DNA from: a virus
Strand: one strand, 5' to 3'
DNA length: 51,840 nucleotides
IMG/VR virus record: IMGVR_UViG_3300041809_000571
Coordinates: 1-51,840 of that record
Part shown: positions 17,848 through 26,054 of the stretch, in pieces
Numbering within the stretch: the first letter of the stretch is position 1
Layout: each line of letters starts with the position of its first letter
Made by a program: the position numbers and the translations under genes
Notes under the pieces: model-generated
The model's input: the letters and a program-made list of their open reading frames with translations, nothing else
Told to the model about the DNA's origin: nothing
Database searches by the model: none

Positions 17848-18956
17848 TCGTAATCCCTGATGGCAATACCGACCGGGAACCGAGGCCGCTTATCCTGCGT
17901 CCAGTTCTGGTACTGTACGGTCAGTATCTTGCCCTTCCACAGTTCGTGATGCTCGTAGAGTTTCTTGAGATTTTTAAGACTGCCTTTGAGCTTCGCCTTA
18001 AAGGGCAAGCCATCTTTGGTCACACACAGGAACTTGCCGACGTGCCCCATCAAGCGGCCCCGGCCTTCTTCGATGCCGGTAATCGGGAATTCATTCGTCT
18101 CGAAATGCTTGTACTTGAGCAGGTCATATGACCGCTTGTTGACGTACTCGCCGTCCATGTTGCGGAGCATAAGACCTTCGTAGCCTAGCTCCACCATCTT
18201 GTCGTGCCACATGTCCACGTCGGCAGCGCTTTCGATGACGAACGTCATGACCTTAATGAGGGTCGTGCCGTTATCGGGGATGTGGTTCTTAAGCCAGAGG
18301 TCCCGCTCCAAGTTGTTGCCCTTGCCCGGCTTGTCGTAAATATGGTACTGGACAACCTCGTGCCCGGCGACCGGTTCATCCGGGCGGACCAGTTCCACGA
18401 TGTTCTCGAAGTCATCCTTGTAGTCGTGGTTGTAAAGCTCGCCGTCCAGATTGACATCGCCGGAAAACTGCTTGCGCACGGCGGCGATAATGTGAGGCAT
18501 GGACCGGATGGGTTTCCTCGTCCGGGTCCACATGGTAACGCTGTCGCCTTCTTTCAGAATGGTGCAGCGGATACCGTCCAGCTTGGGCTGACCCAAGCAG
18601 GGGAACTTGATTTTGTGTCCGTGCTCGGTGTACTTGTGGGCGAGCATGGGATTGATGCCGCCTTCGATGACTTCATCCAGCACGTCGTTTTGGGCGTCAG
18701 CTTCGCTCTTCACGTAGCCCTTCTTAAGCTGCTTCCGCCACTTGGCCTCTGCCTCAAGCTCCGCCTGCTGGCTGGAGGTTGTGGCGTTCGCTCGCCCGGC
18801 GTTCTTGCCCTTGGTGATGGTGTCGGTGGTGGTCTGTGGGTTGTTGGTGCCTACCTGCCCATAGCGGGTGATGATGGAGCTTCCCTCCACCCATATCTCC
18901 CAATACTGGATGGCTCCAGTGCTGGTTTTCTTGAAAAGCATTGGTAGGTCAATCAT
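17844..18956 (-). CDS. ATP-dependent DNA ligase
   Basis: motif I KLDGIR, motif III LDGELY, motif IV EGLMLR, motif V DLLKYK; SD GAGGAA; ATGA coupling with the upstream gene. Confidence 0.85.
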   Translation of the reverse strand: MIDLPMLFKKTSTGAIQYWEIWVEGSSIITRYGQVGTNNPQTTTDTITKGKNAGRANATTSSQQAELEAEAKWRKQLKKGYVKSEADAQNDVLDEVIEGGINPMLAHKYTEHGHKIKFPCLGQPKLDGIRCTILKEGDSVTMWTRTRKPIRSMPHIIAAVRKQFSGDVNLDGELYNHDYKDDFENIVELVRPDEPVAGHEVVQYHIYDKPGKGNNLERDLWLKNHIPDNGTTLIKVMTFVIESAADVDMWHDKMVELGYEGLMLRNMDGEYVNKRSYDLLKYKHFETNEFPITGIEEGRGRLMGHVGKFLCVTKDGLPFKAKLKGSLKNLKKLYEHHELWKGKILTVQYQNWTQDKRPRFPVGIAIRDYE

Positions 18957-19213
18957 TCAATTTCCTCACCCTCTTCATCGAATTCCGGTTCTTCCGGTTC
19001 CTCTTCGGACTGAGGCCACCCCATGTTAAGCTCTCGCTTCACATAATCTTCCGTGCTGATATTCCACCGTTTACAGACCTCAGCAAGTACGTGGTGGACA
19101 ATCTCACCCCGGTTCCAGCCCAAGGCGGTGCCTCGGAGCACTTCGCTCTTTGCCCAAGCCAAAGCTGCTTTGTTGGCTCGCCTTCGTTTTTCCCGGATGG
19201 TCTTACCTCGCAT
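18953..19213 (-). CDS. hypothetical small basic/acidic protein
   Basis: ATG 19213 after GAGG; the ORF-track N-terminal extension overlaps the upstream gene. Confidence 0.4.
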   Translation of the reverse strand: MRGKTIREKRRRANKAALAWAKSEVLRGTALGWNRGEIVHHVLAEVCKRWNISTEDYVKRELNMGWPQSEEEPEEPEFDEEGEEIE

Positions 19214-19577
19214 GGCGGGCCTCAATTTTCTTGCGAACCTCAGACAAGGGCACCGGAGTCCACCACATGTCCCGTTCGACTTTGAGTCCGGCAGGTCCCC
19301 GGATGCCTTCCAGTTCGCCGAGGGTGACGTAGCCCATTTCCGTCTCTTGCCCTTCCACCAGACCGAAGAACATCCAATCCCTCGGGGTGGGGGTGTGGGC
19401 CGGGTCGGTGCAATCGTACATGCCACACTCGCCGCAAACCTGACTCCCCTCGGTCACATACCAAGTCCAGTTGGACCATGGAGTGAAAAATTTCAAGACC
19501 ACTTTCGGGTCATCGACTTTTTCTTGGGAATACAGGGCGGGCAGGCTCTTTACGATGGCTTTGGTGAGCAGTTTCAT
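19203..19577 (-). CDS. hypothetical protein with FTPWSNWTWYVTEGS motif (DUF2958-like)
   Basis: ATG 19577 directly after cassette P5 (GGAGGGaagaATG). Confidence 0.45.
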   Translation of the reverse strand: MKLLTKAIVKSLPALYSQEKVDDPKVVLKFFTPWSNWTWYVTEGSQVCGECGMYDCTDPAHTPTPRDWMFFGLVEGQETEMGYVTLGELEGIRGPAGLKVERDMWWTPVPLSEVRKKIEARHAR

Positions 19578-19582
19578 TCTTC

Positions 19583-19605
19583 CCTCCACTTACAGTATAC
19601 CACGG
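19583..19605 (-). promoter_or_regulatory. conserved promoter+SD cassette P5
   Basis: ccgTGGTATACTgtaagtGGAGGG. Confidence 0.6.
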
Positions 19606-19617
19606 CAAGGGGAAATT

Positions 19618-19956
19618 TTACGAGATTTCTTTGGGGTCTACCTCAGCCCATCTCATGAGCTTGCGCATGACCGTGGGACTGAACCGCATACAGCCGATGC
19701 GGAGGAACCTTGCTTTCTTACTGTTCCACTCCCACCGGACATACGCCTTCCTGCCAGCCGTCTCCCCCTCCCAATAGGGAAGGTCAACGGTTGTCCCTCC
19801 CCTCAAGAAGTCAAGGAGCGCCCCGCACACGTCGCTTTTGAGTGCCTTATAAGGCGAGACACCTTTGGGTTGTCCCATTTCTTTCATCCACTCTCTGCCC
19901 AAAGTGTAGGCGGTGTAAGTCCCGTCAATGGTGTCGTAAGCTTTTATGGTCTGCAT
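19618..19956 (-). CDS. hypothetical protein
   Basis: SD GAGGGAAA 1 nt before ATG. Confidence 0.5.
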   Translation of the reverse strand: MQTIKAYDTIDGTYTAYTLGREWMKEMGQPKGVSPYKALKSDVCGALLDFLRGGTTVDLPYWEGETAGRKAYVRWEWNSKKARFLRIGCMRFSPTVMRKLMRWAEVDPKEIS

Positions 19957-20219
19957 TTTCCCTCACTCCCGTGCCAAGGGCACTTGGGGTCTACTATCTT
20001 GGGGACCGGTGCTCCGAAGCCGTTGAATATGTCCCCCAACCAGATTGCCCCCATGGAGATGTAATTGCAGAGACATCCCTCGGCAGCAGCATGTTCGTGG
20101 TCAACGACAAACTCCGTACCTGTGAGGTCACCCTTCCACAGGTGGAATTCCAGACGATGATTCACCGTTTTCCTCCCGGCAGGGGCCGGAATACCCGCAG
20201 GTCCGCCCGCCGCACCCAT
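19944..20219 (-). CDS. hypothetical protein; overlaps 20162..20338 in another frame (possible frameshift or fusion)
   Basis: ORF-track ORF; the only in-frame ATG lies inside the upstream small ORF. Confidence 0.35.
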   Translation of the reverse strand: MGAAGGPAGIPAPAGRKTVNHRLEFHLWKGDLTGTEFVVDHEHAAAEGCLCNYISMGAIWLGDIFNGFGAPVPKIVDPKCPWHGSEGKCRP

Positions 20220-20338
20220 CCGCCGCCGAAGGTTTCCCCGGCGACCAGTACGAGCGGGCGTCCCTGCTTGGCATAGATGACCCTCACCCTATACCTCTCA
20301 ATACCGATGCAATGAAGCCTTCCGGTGCGGGTTTTCAT
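20162..20338 (-). CDS. hypothetical small protein (MKTRTGRLHCIGIERYRVRVIYAKQGRPLVLVAGETFGGGW...)
   Basis: ATGA coupling with the zinc-ribbon gene; GGAGG 11 nt upstream; 58 aa. Confidence 0.3.
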   Translation of the reverse strand: MKTRTGRLHCIGIERYRVRVIYAKQGRPLVLVAGETFGGGWVRRADLRVFRPLPGGKR

Positions 20339-20454
20339 TTTTTCTTTGCCTCCACCAGTTTGAGTTTGTAGCTGCCGCAGGAGTCACAGACCCGGAGCAG
20401 CCCTACGTGCTTCATCGCTCCCACGTTGCCGCAGGATTTGCATCGGAAAATCAT
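20335..20454 (-). CDS. zinc-ribbon mini-protein (CxxC...CxxC, 39 aa)
   Basis: MIFRCKSCGNVGAMKHVGLLRVCDSCGSYK; ATGA overlaps at both ends. Confidence 0.35.
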   Translation of the reverse strand: MIFRCKSCGNVGAMKHVGLLRVCDSCGSYKLKLVEAKKK

Positions 20455-20912
20455 TCATCCTCCCCGGTGGGGAATATCTCGGAGAATCCGCAGAGGGAGT
20501 AACCGATGTCCCGGTAGAACTCCTTGTACTCTTCCAGCGAGAATGCGGGGTTGTTTGAAAAGATGCCCCGCTGGAAAGCCACTGTCATGGTGTTGAAGAT
20601 GCCGCCCTCGGGAAGCCGCTTGCACTCATCGGCAACCCAACGAAGCAGCTTGTTCGGGACCCACCGAATGGTGCCATGTTCGTCCCTGTAGATGGGGTGT
20701 TTGGATTCCAACAGCAGGTCGCCGTAATACTCTAGGACTTCGGCGTTGTTGCGCAGCCCGGCGTCGGATTTTTCGTACTCTTCCTTGGCAACGGCTGCAA
20801 GTTTTTCGTAGAGTTTGGTGGGAAGGACAAGCGTGGCTGGCTCTCCGTCAACCATGACCTTGACCGCTGTCCGGCTGGCAGGGGCCTGCTTATGACACAA
20901 TGGGCAACTCAT
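20451..20912 (-). CDS. hypothetical protein
   Basis: ATG 20912 in ATGA overlap with the upstream stop; begins MSCPLCHKQ. Confidence 0.5.
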   Translation of the reverse strand: MSCPLCHKQAPASRTAVKVMVDGEPATLVLPTKLYEKLAAVAKEEYEKSDAGLRNNAEVLEYYGDLLLESKHPIYRDEHGTIRWVPNKLLRWVADECKRLPEGGIFNTMTVAFQRGIFSNNPAFSLEEYKEFYRDIGYSLCGFSEIFPTGEDE

Positions 20913-21103
20913 AGTTCTCTTCCTCCTTGGTCTAAGACTCCCCAACTGGCACCTTGGGGCGTTGTGGGGAATCCGCATTGCTTAAGCTGTTCGGCGACCC
21001 AAGCGGCGATTGCCGGGGTCGATTTCTTGTGCATCTTATCTGCCGCCGTGAAGGCGACTTGAAACATGATGTCGATGAGTTCTTGCTCCCTTGTCTTAGC
21101 CAC
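20909..21103 (-). CDS. hypothetical small protein (GTG start)
   Basis: GGGAGGcgaagaGTG; overlaps the stop of the zinc-ribbon gene. Confidence 0.35.
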   Translation of the reverse strand: MAKTREQELIDIMFQVAFTAADKMHKKSTPAIAAWVAEQLKQCGFPTTPQGASWGVLDQGGREL

Positions 21104-21269
21104 TCTTCGCCTCCCGGAGACGTTTGACTGTCTCCCGGTCATAACACTTGTCCGCTTTGCAGGACGGATTAGGGCACTCCGTGCGTATGTTCAGGCTATG
21201 CCAGTCGTACAATTCTCCGCAAGTTGGACACTCCACGATGCGATATTCCGGCACGGCGTAATCCAGCAC
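21096..21269 (-). CDS. zinc-ribbon mini-protein (CPTCGE...CPNPSCKADKC, 57 aa, GTG start)
   Basis: GGAGGcgttctaGTG; TAGTG overlap with the upstream stop. Confidence 0.35.
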   Translation of the reverse strand: MLDYAVPEYRIVECPTCGELYDWHSLNIRTECPNPSCKADKCYDRETVKRLREAKSG

Positions 21270-21625
21270 TAGAACGCCTCCGAGTCAAGAAAGGTTGGTT
21301 GCGAGGGGCTGGCGGTATTCCCGGACCAGCCAAGAGCGTTGGCAGCAGCGACAATCTTCGGAAAGGACTTGGCGGACCGGCATTTCTTAACCGGGTCCCA
21401 ACGGTGCATCTTGGTCAGGAAGAGGGCACGGTGGTCGGTAAAAACTACCTTGTTGCTGGCAGCATTGTAACCCACCCACCCAATCAGGTTCCAGAAGCAT
21501 CCGTGAGCGCATACGCCGCTTCCCGGCGTCATTTCACGAGTGCAGCCGCACAAGGCGCAGTGGGGACGACCTACCGACCGCTTGCCGACTGCCTTAACCG
21601 TGTAGCGTTGCGATTGGCTCTCCAA
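21269..21625 (-). CDS. Cys-rich hypothetical protein (HCALCGCTREMTPGSGVCAHGC), TTG start after cassette P6
   Basis: cassette P6 lies inside the ORF-track ORF 21269..21844, so the true start must be downstream of it: GGAGGGagccTTG. Confidence 0.4.
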   Translation of the reverse strand: MESQSQRYTVKAVGKRSVGRPHCALCGCTREMTPGSGVCAHGCFWNLIGWVGYNAASNKVVFTDHRALFLTKMHRWDPVKKCRSAKSFPKIVAAANALGWSGNTASPSQPTFLDSEAF

Positions 21626-21630
21626 GGCTC

Positions 21631-21653
21631 CCTCCACTATCAGTATACCACGG
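21631..21653 (-). promoter_or_regulatory. conserved promoter+SD cassette P6
   Basis: ccgTGGTATACTgatagtGGAGGG. Confidence 0.6.
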
Positions 21654-21677
21654 AGCCAAGAAAAATTTCGAGAATTT

Positions 21678-21953
21678 TTAGGGGTACACGGGTTTTCCCG
21701 CCTGTTCGTAGGCTTCCTTGGGGACCACCCTGCCGCCGAAAATCTTACGGTAATCGCAGGCGACCTGCCAAGTGAAGGGTTGCGAGAAGTTTCCGTCCGT
21801 GTACAACACCCGGAACTGTCCGTTTCGCCTGTGCCAGTCAACACAATGCTCGGCGTTAGGGTCGTCCCGCCATGGGTTACCTCCGCCTCGGAGAATACCG
21901 ACCGTTGCCGGAAAGAGAAACAGAACAGCGATAATTGCTAAACCCCACCACAT
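21678..21953 (-). CDS. small membrane/secreted protein (N-terminal hydrophobic helix)
   Basis: AAGGAGGccaaaATG; MWWGLAIIAVLFLFPATVGIL. Confidence 0.5.
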   Translation of the reverse strand: MWWGLAIIAVLFLFPATVGILRGGGNPWRDDPNAEHCVDWHRRNGQFRVLYTDGNFSQPFTWQVACDYRKIFGGRVVPKEAYEQAGKPVYP

Positions 21954-21963
21954 TTTGGCCTCC

Positions 21964-22329
21964 TTATTGCTTGGAAGTCTTGGCGTCGTGTTTCGTCCAA
22001 ACTTCATCCCATGCTTTCGCCCGGCGAACCTCTTCCCGGATGCCTTGGGCGCTGAAATGCTCGATACCCCGGTACTGCCAAGCGTCCCCGAGGGGCAAGT
22101 GAATCAGAACGACCGGACTCATGGAAAAGACCACGTAGAGCGCCTTGCCGTCCGCTACTCCGAAGCTGATGAGTGCGCCCCGCTCTGCGCCGTTGCCATA
22201 CGCCACGCAGTACGCCTTGACCTTCTCAATGTACTCGTTCTCGGTCTTTTGCCACTCGTCCCATTTGAAGTCCTTGTAGTCGAACTGCGGAACGGGAAGC
22301 TCTTTCGGGGGTGCATAAATCTTAGCCAT
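21964..22329 (-). CDS. hypothetical protein
   Basis: GTGGAGGGctttATG. Confidence 0.5.
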   Translation of the reverse strand: MAKIYAPPKELPVPQFDYKDFKWDEWQKTENEYIEKVKAYCVAYGNGAERGALISFGVADGKALYVVFSMSPVVLIHLPLGDAWQYRGIEHFSAQGIREEVRRAKAWDEVWTKHDAKTSKQ

Positions 22330-22362
22330 AAAGCCCTCCACTCAAAATTTTTCGTTCAAAAC

Positions 22363-22611
22363 TTAAGCAGTGACAGGCCGGGCGTAACGGACCGGCTTGA
22401 AGTAGCCCATCTTGTAGCGGCTCCGACTGCGGACATAGACTACTTTCCCGGCCTTTTCCAACCGGTCAAGGGCATTGCGCCATTGGGTTCCAAACCCCCA
22501 ATCGTGGTTCACGGGGTGACCCCCTTTGATGGCGGTGCGCAGGTAACGGAGAACATCCGCTTCGTTCTGACGCATACCCTGTCGAATCTTTGTGTAAGCA
22601 TTAGTGCGCAT
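22363..22611 (-). CDS. hypothetical small basic protein
   Basis: second ATG of the pair ATGATG; GGGGG 4 nt upstream. Confidence 0.45.
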   Translation of the reverse strand: MRTNAYTKIRQGMRQNEADVLRYLRTAIKGGHPVNHDWGFGTQWRNALDRLEKAGKVVYVRSRSRYKMGYFKPVRYARPVTA

Positions 22612-22795
22612 CATTCCCCCTGAAAATGTAGTGAGCTTCGTTGTAGTTCACGATGGAGGCATAGCCATCATCCCACATAATCTGAAAACAGGCCCAATTG
22701 ACGGCAGTTACAACACCCGGCATAACCGGTAGGCCCTCAAGGATATAAGCAACTTTGTCTCCGACCTTTAAGCTGCGTGCCTCGGGTTCCAGCAT
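22601..22795 (-). CDS. hypothetical small protein
   Basis: GTGGAGGtcgcctaATG; 1-nt stop/start overlap with the upstream gene. Confidence 0.45.
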   Translation of the reverse strand: MLEPEARSLKVGDKVAYILEGLPVMPGVVTAVNWACFQIMWDDGYASIVNYNEAHYIFRGNDAH

Positions 22796-23346
22796 TAGGC
22801 GACCTCCACCGCATCCACCGCCAGCGGGTGAACGAAGAACACGAGCTTACGCCGACCGTTGGAGTGGTCGGTGGTCCAGTTCAGTTCTACGCCGGGCAGG
22901 GATTCATGCTTGTAACGATTGGAGAGCTTGCGGTTTTCGGTAATCCACAGGACGAGAAGTTGGTTGACGATTGCCACGATGGCTTTCTTCTCTGCCAGCC
23001 AAATCTGCTGACCGACCATGACCACGTAGAGTTCTGCCTTGCTGACGAGGTCACGTCCGAGTTTGGTTTCGGGGTCGGGAGTGCGGGTGCCGGGCAGGTT
23101 GAAATGACCGCTGAACGGCTCGGCGTAGTCAAACAGGATGTCGGTCCCAGTTTCCCGGAACTTGTACTGCGCCTTGCGCCCGTCCACGACGGCGTCAATC
23201 TTGTCGTGCATATCTTCCTTGGCGGTAACATCGCTGACCGTATGACCAGCCGCTCGCAGCCGGGCGGTGATAACCAACTCACGTTTCTTTCCCTCACGTA
23301 CCCGGTGCTCGTAGTTTTTGTCAGCCAGCATGTATCTTTGAGTCAT
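22795..23346 (-). CDS. hypothetical protein (first gene of operon P7)
   Basis: ATG 23346 follows cassette P7 (GGGAGaacacATG). Confidence 0.55.
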   Translation of the reverse strand: MTQRYMLADKNYEHRVREGKKRELVITARLRAAGHTVSDVTAKEDMHDKIDAVVDGRKAQYKFRETGTDILFDYAEPFSGHFNLPGTRTPDPETKLGRDLVSKAELYVVMVGQQIWLAEKKAIVAIVNQLLVLWITENRKLSNRYKHESLPGVELNWTTDHSNGRRKLVFFVHPLAVDAVEVA

Positions 23347-23350
23347 GTGT

Positions 23351-23374
23351 TCTCCCACTCTCAGTATACCACGG
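23351..23374 (-). promoter_or_regulatory. conserved promoter+SD cassette P7
   Basis: ccgTGGTATACTgagagtGGGAGA. Confidence 0.6.
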
Positions 23375-23551
23375 ACCGAGGGGAAATATAGGAATTTTTA
23401 TGAGTCTGACGAAAACAGCCTTGTTGCATTCCGCTATAGTGGGGGTGTTGTGATATGCATCAAAATCACCCCTGACCAAACGTCAAGTAATTGAAAACAA
23501 AGGTCAAAATGTTTGGCTATTGGATTGCAATATACACTCCCGGAGGAATAT

Positions 23552-23632
23552 ATGGTTGCCATCTTCGTAGCACTCATGTTTATCGGCTGCGTCCTCGTGG
23601 ACTGTTGCCAGCACAAACTGATGAAGCACTAA
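23552..23632 (+). CDS. 26-aa hydrophobic peptide (MVAIFVALMFIGCVLVDCCQHKLMKH)
   Basis: caaTATACActcccGGAGGaatatATG, a cassette-like TATACA+GGAGG context on the + strand inside a 250-nt gap of the minus-strand block; its stop overlaps the stop of 23629..23880. Confidence 0.3.
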   Translation: MVAIFVALMFIGCVLVDCCQHKLMKH

Positions 23633-23880
23633 GCGTTCACCAGTTCACAGTACTTTTTGTCCATCTTCATGTCTTTGGTCTTGGTGACCAGTGACTTGTC
23701 AATCATCTGGATTGACTCCACCACGGTGCCTTCTCCATCCATGTAGGTATCGTCGTCGCCAAAGCGGTTGACCTTGCGACCGATGTACAGGAGCGGGGTT
23801 TCCTTAAGCACTTCCAAGAGCATGGTCTTGGCACGCTTACCCGGCTCCGGGGTGAACCAGAGTTTGAGGTAGTGGGTCAT
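23629..23880 (-). CDS. hypothetical small protein
   Basis: ATGA coupling; GGGGAGAAAGG SD. Confidence 0.45.
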   Translation of the reverse strand: MTHYLKLWFTPEPGKRAKTMLLEVLKETPLLYIGRKVNRFGDDDTYMDGEGTVVESIQMIDKSLVTKTKDMKMDKKYCELVNA

Positions 23881-24134
23881 ACCGAAAACCTTTCTCCCCC
23901 ACGGGGCAGGTCGTTGACCATGAACAGCCGCTCCCGGAGACCTTGGCGCAAGGCGTCCATGACGAAATCGTCCGGCGTGGCGGAGAACCACTTGCAAAGT
24001 TGGTCGTAGCTCATGCCGTTCTTGCGTTTCTTGAGGCGGCGGGCAATCTGCTTCATCAGCCCCTTCAACCCGTCGAAGGTAACCACGGCGGAGTAATCAA
24101 TGTGACGGCTATCGTCAATCATACATGCTCTCAT
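23877..24134 (-). CDS. hypothetical small basic protein
   Basis: AAAGGAcaccATG. Confidence 0.45.
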   Translation of the reverse strand: MRACMIDDSRHIDYSAVVTFDGLKGLMKQIARRLKKRKNGMSYDQLCKWFSATPDDFVMDALRQGLRERLFMVNDLPRGGERFSV

Positions 24135-24143
24135 GGTGTCCTT

Positions 24144-24380
24144 TCAGCCGAGGCGTTTCGCCAGTTCCGTTGCCAGTGTGACGTGGGTGCGACCACGGGC
24201 TAAATCCCCCGTATAGGGTACTGCCGACAGCACCCAATGCAGACCGCCGCCCGAGCCGCCCTCAATGCGGACGCTAAACCCGCCGCCCGGCGAAGAGACG
24301 TAGACGTGGTTATGGGGACATTCCCGAACGAAGTCGAAGCGTTTCAACATGCTCACAAACTGTTCAAGGGTCGTTTTCAT
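24144..24380 (-). CDS. hypothetical small protein (first gene of operon P8)
   Basis: ATG 24380 follows cassette P8 (GAGGAtacctATG). Confidence 0.45.
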   Translation of the reverse strand: MKTTLEQFVSMLKRFDFVRECPHNHVYVSSPGGGFSVRIEGGSGGGLHWVLSAVPYTGDLARGRTHVTLATELAKRLG

Positions 24381-24386
24381 AGGTAT

Positions 24387-24407
24387 CCTCACTTTCAGTA
24401 TACCTCG
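24387..24407 (-). promoter_or_regulatory. conserved promoter cassette P8 (variant cgaGGTATACTgaaagtGAGGA)
   Basis: same architecture; the TG of the extended -10 is replaced by AG. Confidence 0.5.
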
Positions 24408-24428
24408 AAATGGGATGAAATTGCAGGA

Positions 24429-24659
24429 TTATTTGGTCAGGCCCCGGCGATTTTCCGAGTAGCTCGTCAGGTCAAGCTCGCCATGGACCGCAAAGAATTT
24501 CTTCTTTTCCTCCGCCCACCGGTCGGAGTCCATCCACGGTTGCGCCACGAGCGTGGCTCCCTCGCAGGTGTAGCAGGTGTAGCGGGGCCGGGGGTTGAAT
24601 CCCGCCGTGTCGAACTCAATCTCGTGGTCGGTACTGGTCTTGTAAAAGCCCTCTCTCAT
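24429..24659 (-). CDS. hypothetical small protein
   Basis: GGAGGAAATATG; ATGA coupling. Confidence 0.45.
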   Translation of the reverse strand: MREGFYKTSTDHEIEFDTAGFNPRPRYTCYTCEGATLVAQPWMDSDRWAEEKKKFFAVHGELDLTSYSENRRGLTK

Positions 24660-24982
24660 ATTTCCTCCGTGTGACCACAGGTGCGGCATGACCAGCCGTC
24701 ACCCGTGACATCAGAATAGGATTCCATCTTGCCGCCGCAGCCGGGGCAAGGTTTGCTTATGTCCACGCTTTTGTAACGGGGTTCCTTGAAACTTTTGGGG
24801 GGTTTGAGCCGGGCGGTGACCTCAATGTAGAAGTCGCCGGAATCCAGCCCCAAGGCAGCGCCAATCTCTTCGTCCAAGGCCACGTAGGGTTCTTGTGCGG
24901 GTGTGCCCCGAACGTTGATGCCACGCCCACAGGGACGCATGTAGGCATGTCCTACGAACTTGTACCGTCGTCGTTTTGCCAT
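24656..24982 (-). CDS. basic protein with C-terminal zinc ribbon (CPGCGG...CRTCGH)
   Basis: TAATG coupling with the upstream gene. Confidence 0.5.
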   Translation of the reverse strand: MAKRRRYKFVGHAYMRPCGRGINVRGTPAQEPYVALDEEIGAALGLDSGDFYIEVTARLKPPKSFKEPRYKSVDISKPCPGCGGKMESYSDVTGDGWSCRTCGHTEEI

Positions 24983-25209
24983 TATTTGTTTTCTGCCTCG
25001 AACTCAGCAGCCTCCCGACCTTTGTCTTCCGCCTTTTGCAGGCACTCCTTGCACGGGGTGACTAGCAGGGTGCGGCTCAGTATCCCGTAACGGGAGGTTT
25101 CCTCGTACTCAACCTCCAGCTTATCCCCGCACGCATCGCAGGTCATGGTGATGTCAAGCTCCACCTTTTCGACTTCCACTCTTGTGGCTTTGATTGTAAA
25201 CTCCATCAT
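24982..25209 (-). CDS. zinc-ribbon-like small acidic protein (CDAC...CKEC)
   Basis: AGGAGGactgATG. Confidence 0.45.
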   Translation of the reverse strand: MMEFTIKATRVEVEKVELDITMTCDACGDKLEVEYEETSRYGILSRTLLVTPCKECLQKAEDKGREAAEFEAENK

Positions 25210-25505
25210 CAGTCCTCCTGTGCTTTCACAAGCTCCGGGTTTGCCATCTTGGCGAGGGCAATCAGGTCGGCGATATTGACGTTCAATCGGTCTTTGCCCC
25301 GGACGATGTGGATGCCCAAATTCAGATTATTGAGATTGTCCGCCATCTTGGACATGTGGGCAGTGGGGTGGGCGACGGTGGTGTTATCCAGACCCAATCC
25401 ATAGGGAGTGGCATAGACGCCCTGTTCGTCCGGCTCCGCCATGTCAGGGCGGCAACCCTCGGTAATTTTCCGCAGAGCGGTCTGTAAGTCCAGAAGTCGT
25501 CCCAT
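25209..25505 (-). CDS. hypothetical protein
   Basis: GGAGActtATG. Confidence 0.5.
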   Translation of the reverse strand: MGRLLDLQTALRKITEGCRPDMAEPDEQGVYATPYGLGLDNTTVAHPTAHMSKMADNLNNLNLGIHIVRGKDRLNVNIADLIALAKMANPELVKAQED

Positions 25506-25512
25506 AAGTCTC

Positions 25513-25806
25513 CTATCGGTTCAGGTCCGCACCGTTGATGGTCAGGATGTTCCCCATCGGGCGTTTGAAGTTGGGGACGCCGTACTTGTACTTAATACGG
25601 TAAATCGTGCCGTCCGTCAGGTCCACAACGTAGACCCCGCCGCTGCCCTTGTCAAGGCAGATGTATCGTTGCTTGCGCACGAACTTTGTCCGGTAGCAGG
25701 GGCCGTCGTAACCGAGGCATTTGTAAGATGCCTCGAAGGCGGCTCGTCCAGCCTCATGCCACTCGTCAATCACCTGTTGCACACGGGCGTCAGAAACGTC
25801 AATCAT
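25513..25806 (-). CDS. hypothetical protein
   Basis: ATGA coupling with the upstream gene; GGAG 6 nt upstream. Confidence 0.5.
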   Translation of the reverse strand: MIDVSDARVQQVIDEWHEAGRAAFEASYKCLGYDGPCYRTKFVRKQRYICLDKGSGGVYVVDLTDGTIYRIKYKYGVPNFKRPMGNILTINGADLNR

Positions 25807-26024
25807 GCAAGCTCCATTTCATAATCTTCGGGATGGGGAACGGGAGGGCCGCTGTAATAGGGATTGCGGTACCACACGTCCCGGTCAGAAAGAATCCACG
25901 CACGGTCGGGGTGCATGGCACCCACGTTCGTAGCATACTCCCTATCAGCTTCCGCTTGAGTTGCCATGTGGTCGGGCGGGTCAGGCTCAAAATCAAACAT
26001 AGAAGCTTCGGAATCGAATGCCAT
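25803..26024 (-). CDS. hypothetical acidic protein (first gene of operon P9)
   Basis: ATG 26024 follows cassette P9 (GGGAGGaaacaccATG). Confidence 0.5.
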   Translation of the reverse strand: MAFDSEASMFDFEPDPPDHMATQAEADREYATNVGAMHPDRAWILSDRDVWYRNPYYSGPPVPHPEDYEMELA

Positions 26025-26031
26025 GGTGTTT

Positions 26032-26054
26032 CCTCCCACTCTCAGTATACCACG
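26032..26054 (-). promoter_or_regulatory. conserved promoter+SD cassette P9
   Basis: tcgTGGTATACTgagagtGGGAGG. Confidence 0.6.

Noticed and set aside
22341-22380. Possible additional degenerate cassette upstream of 21964..22329 (tttgagtGGAGGG)
   Set aside because: It keeps the GAGTGGAGGG part but lacks any TATACT -10, so it is probably only an SD region.
13472-26054. Interpretation of the cassette as an archaeal BRE/TATA promoter with leaderless mRNAs
   Set aside because: The TATA-to-ATG distance (about 24 nt) would fit. However, the sequence upstream of TATACT (CCGTGG) is not BRE-like. Internal genes of the operons use bacterial SD spacing, and the TGn extended -10 is a bacterial hallmark.
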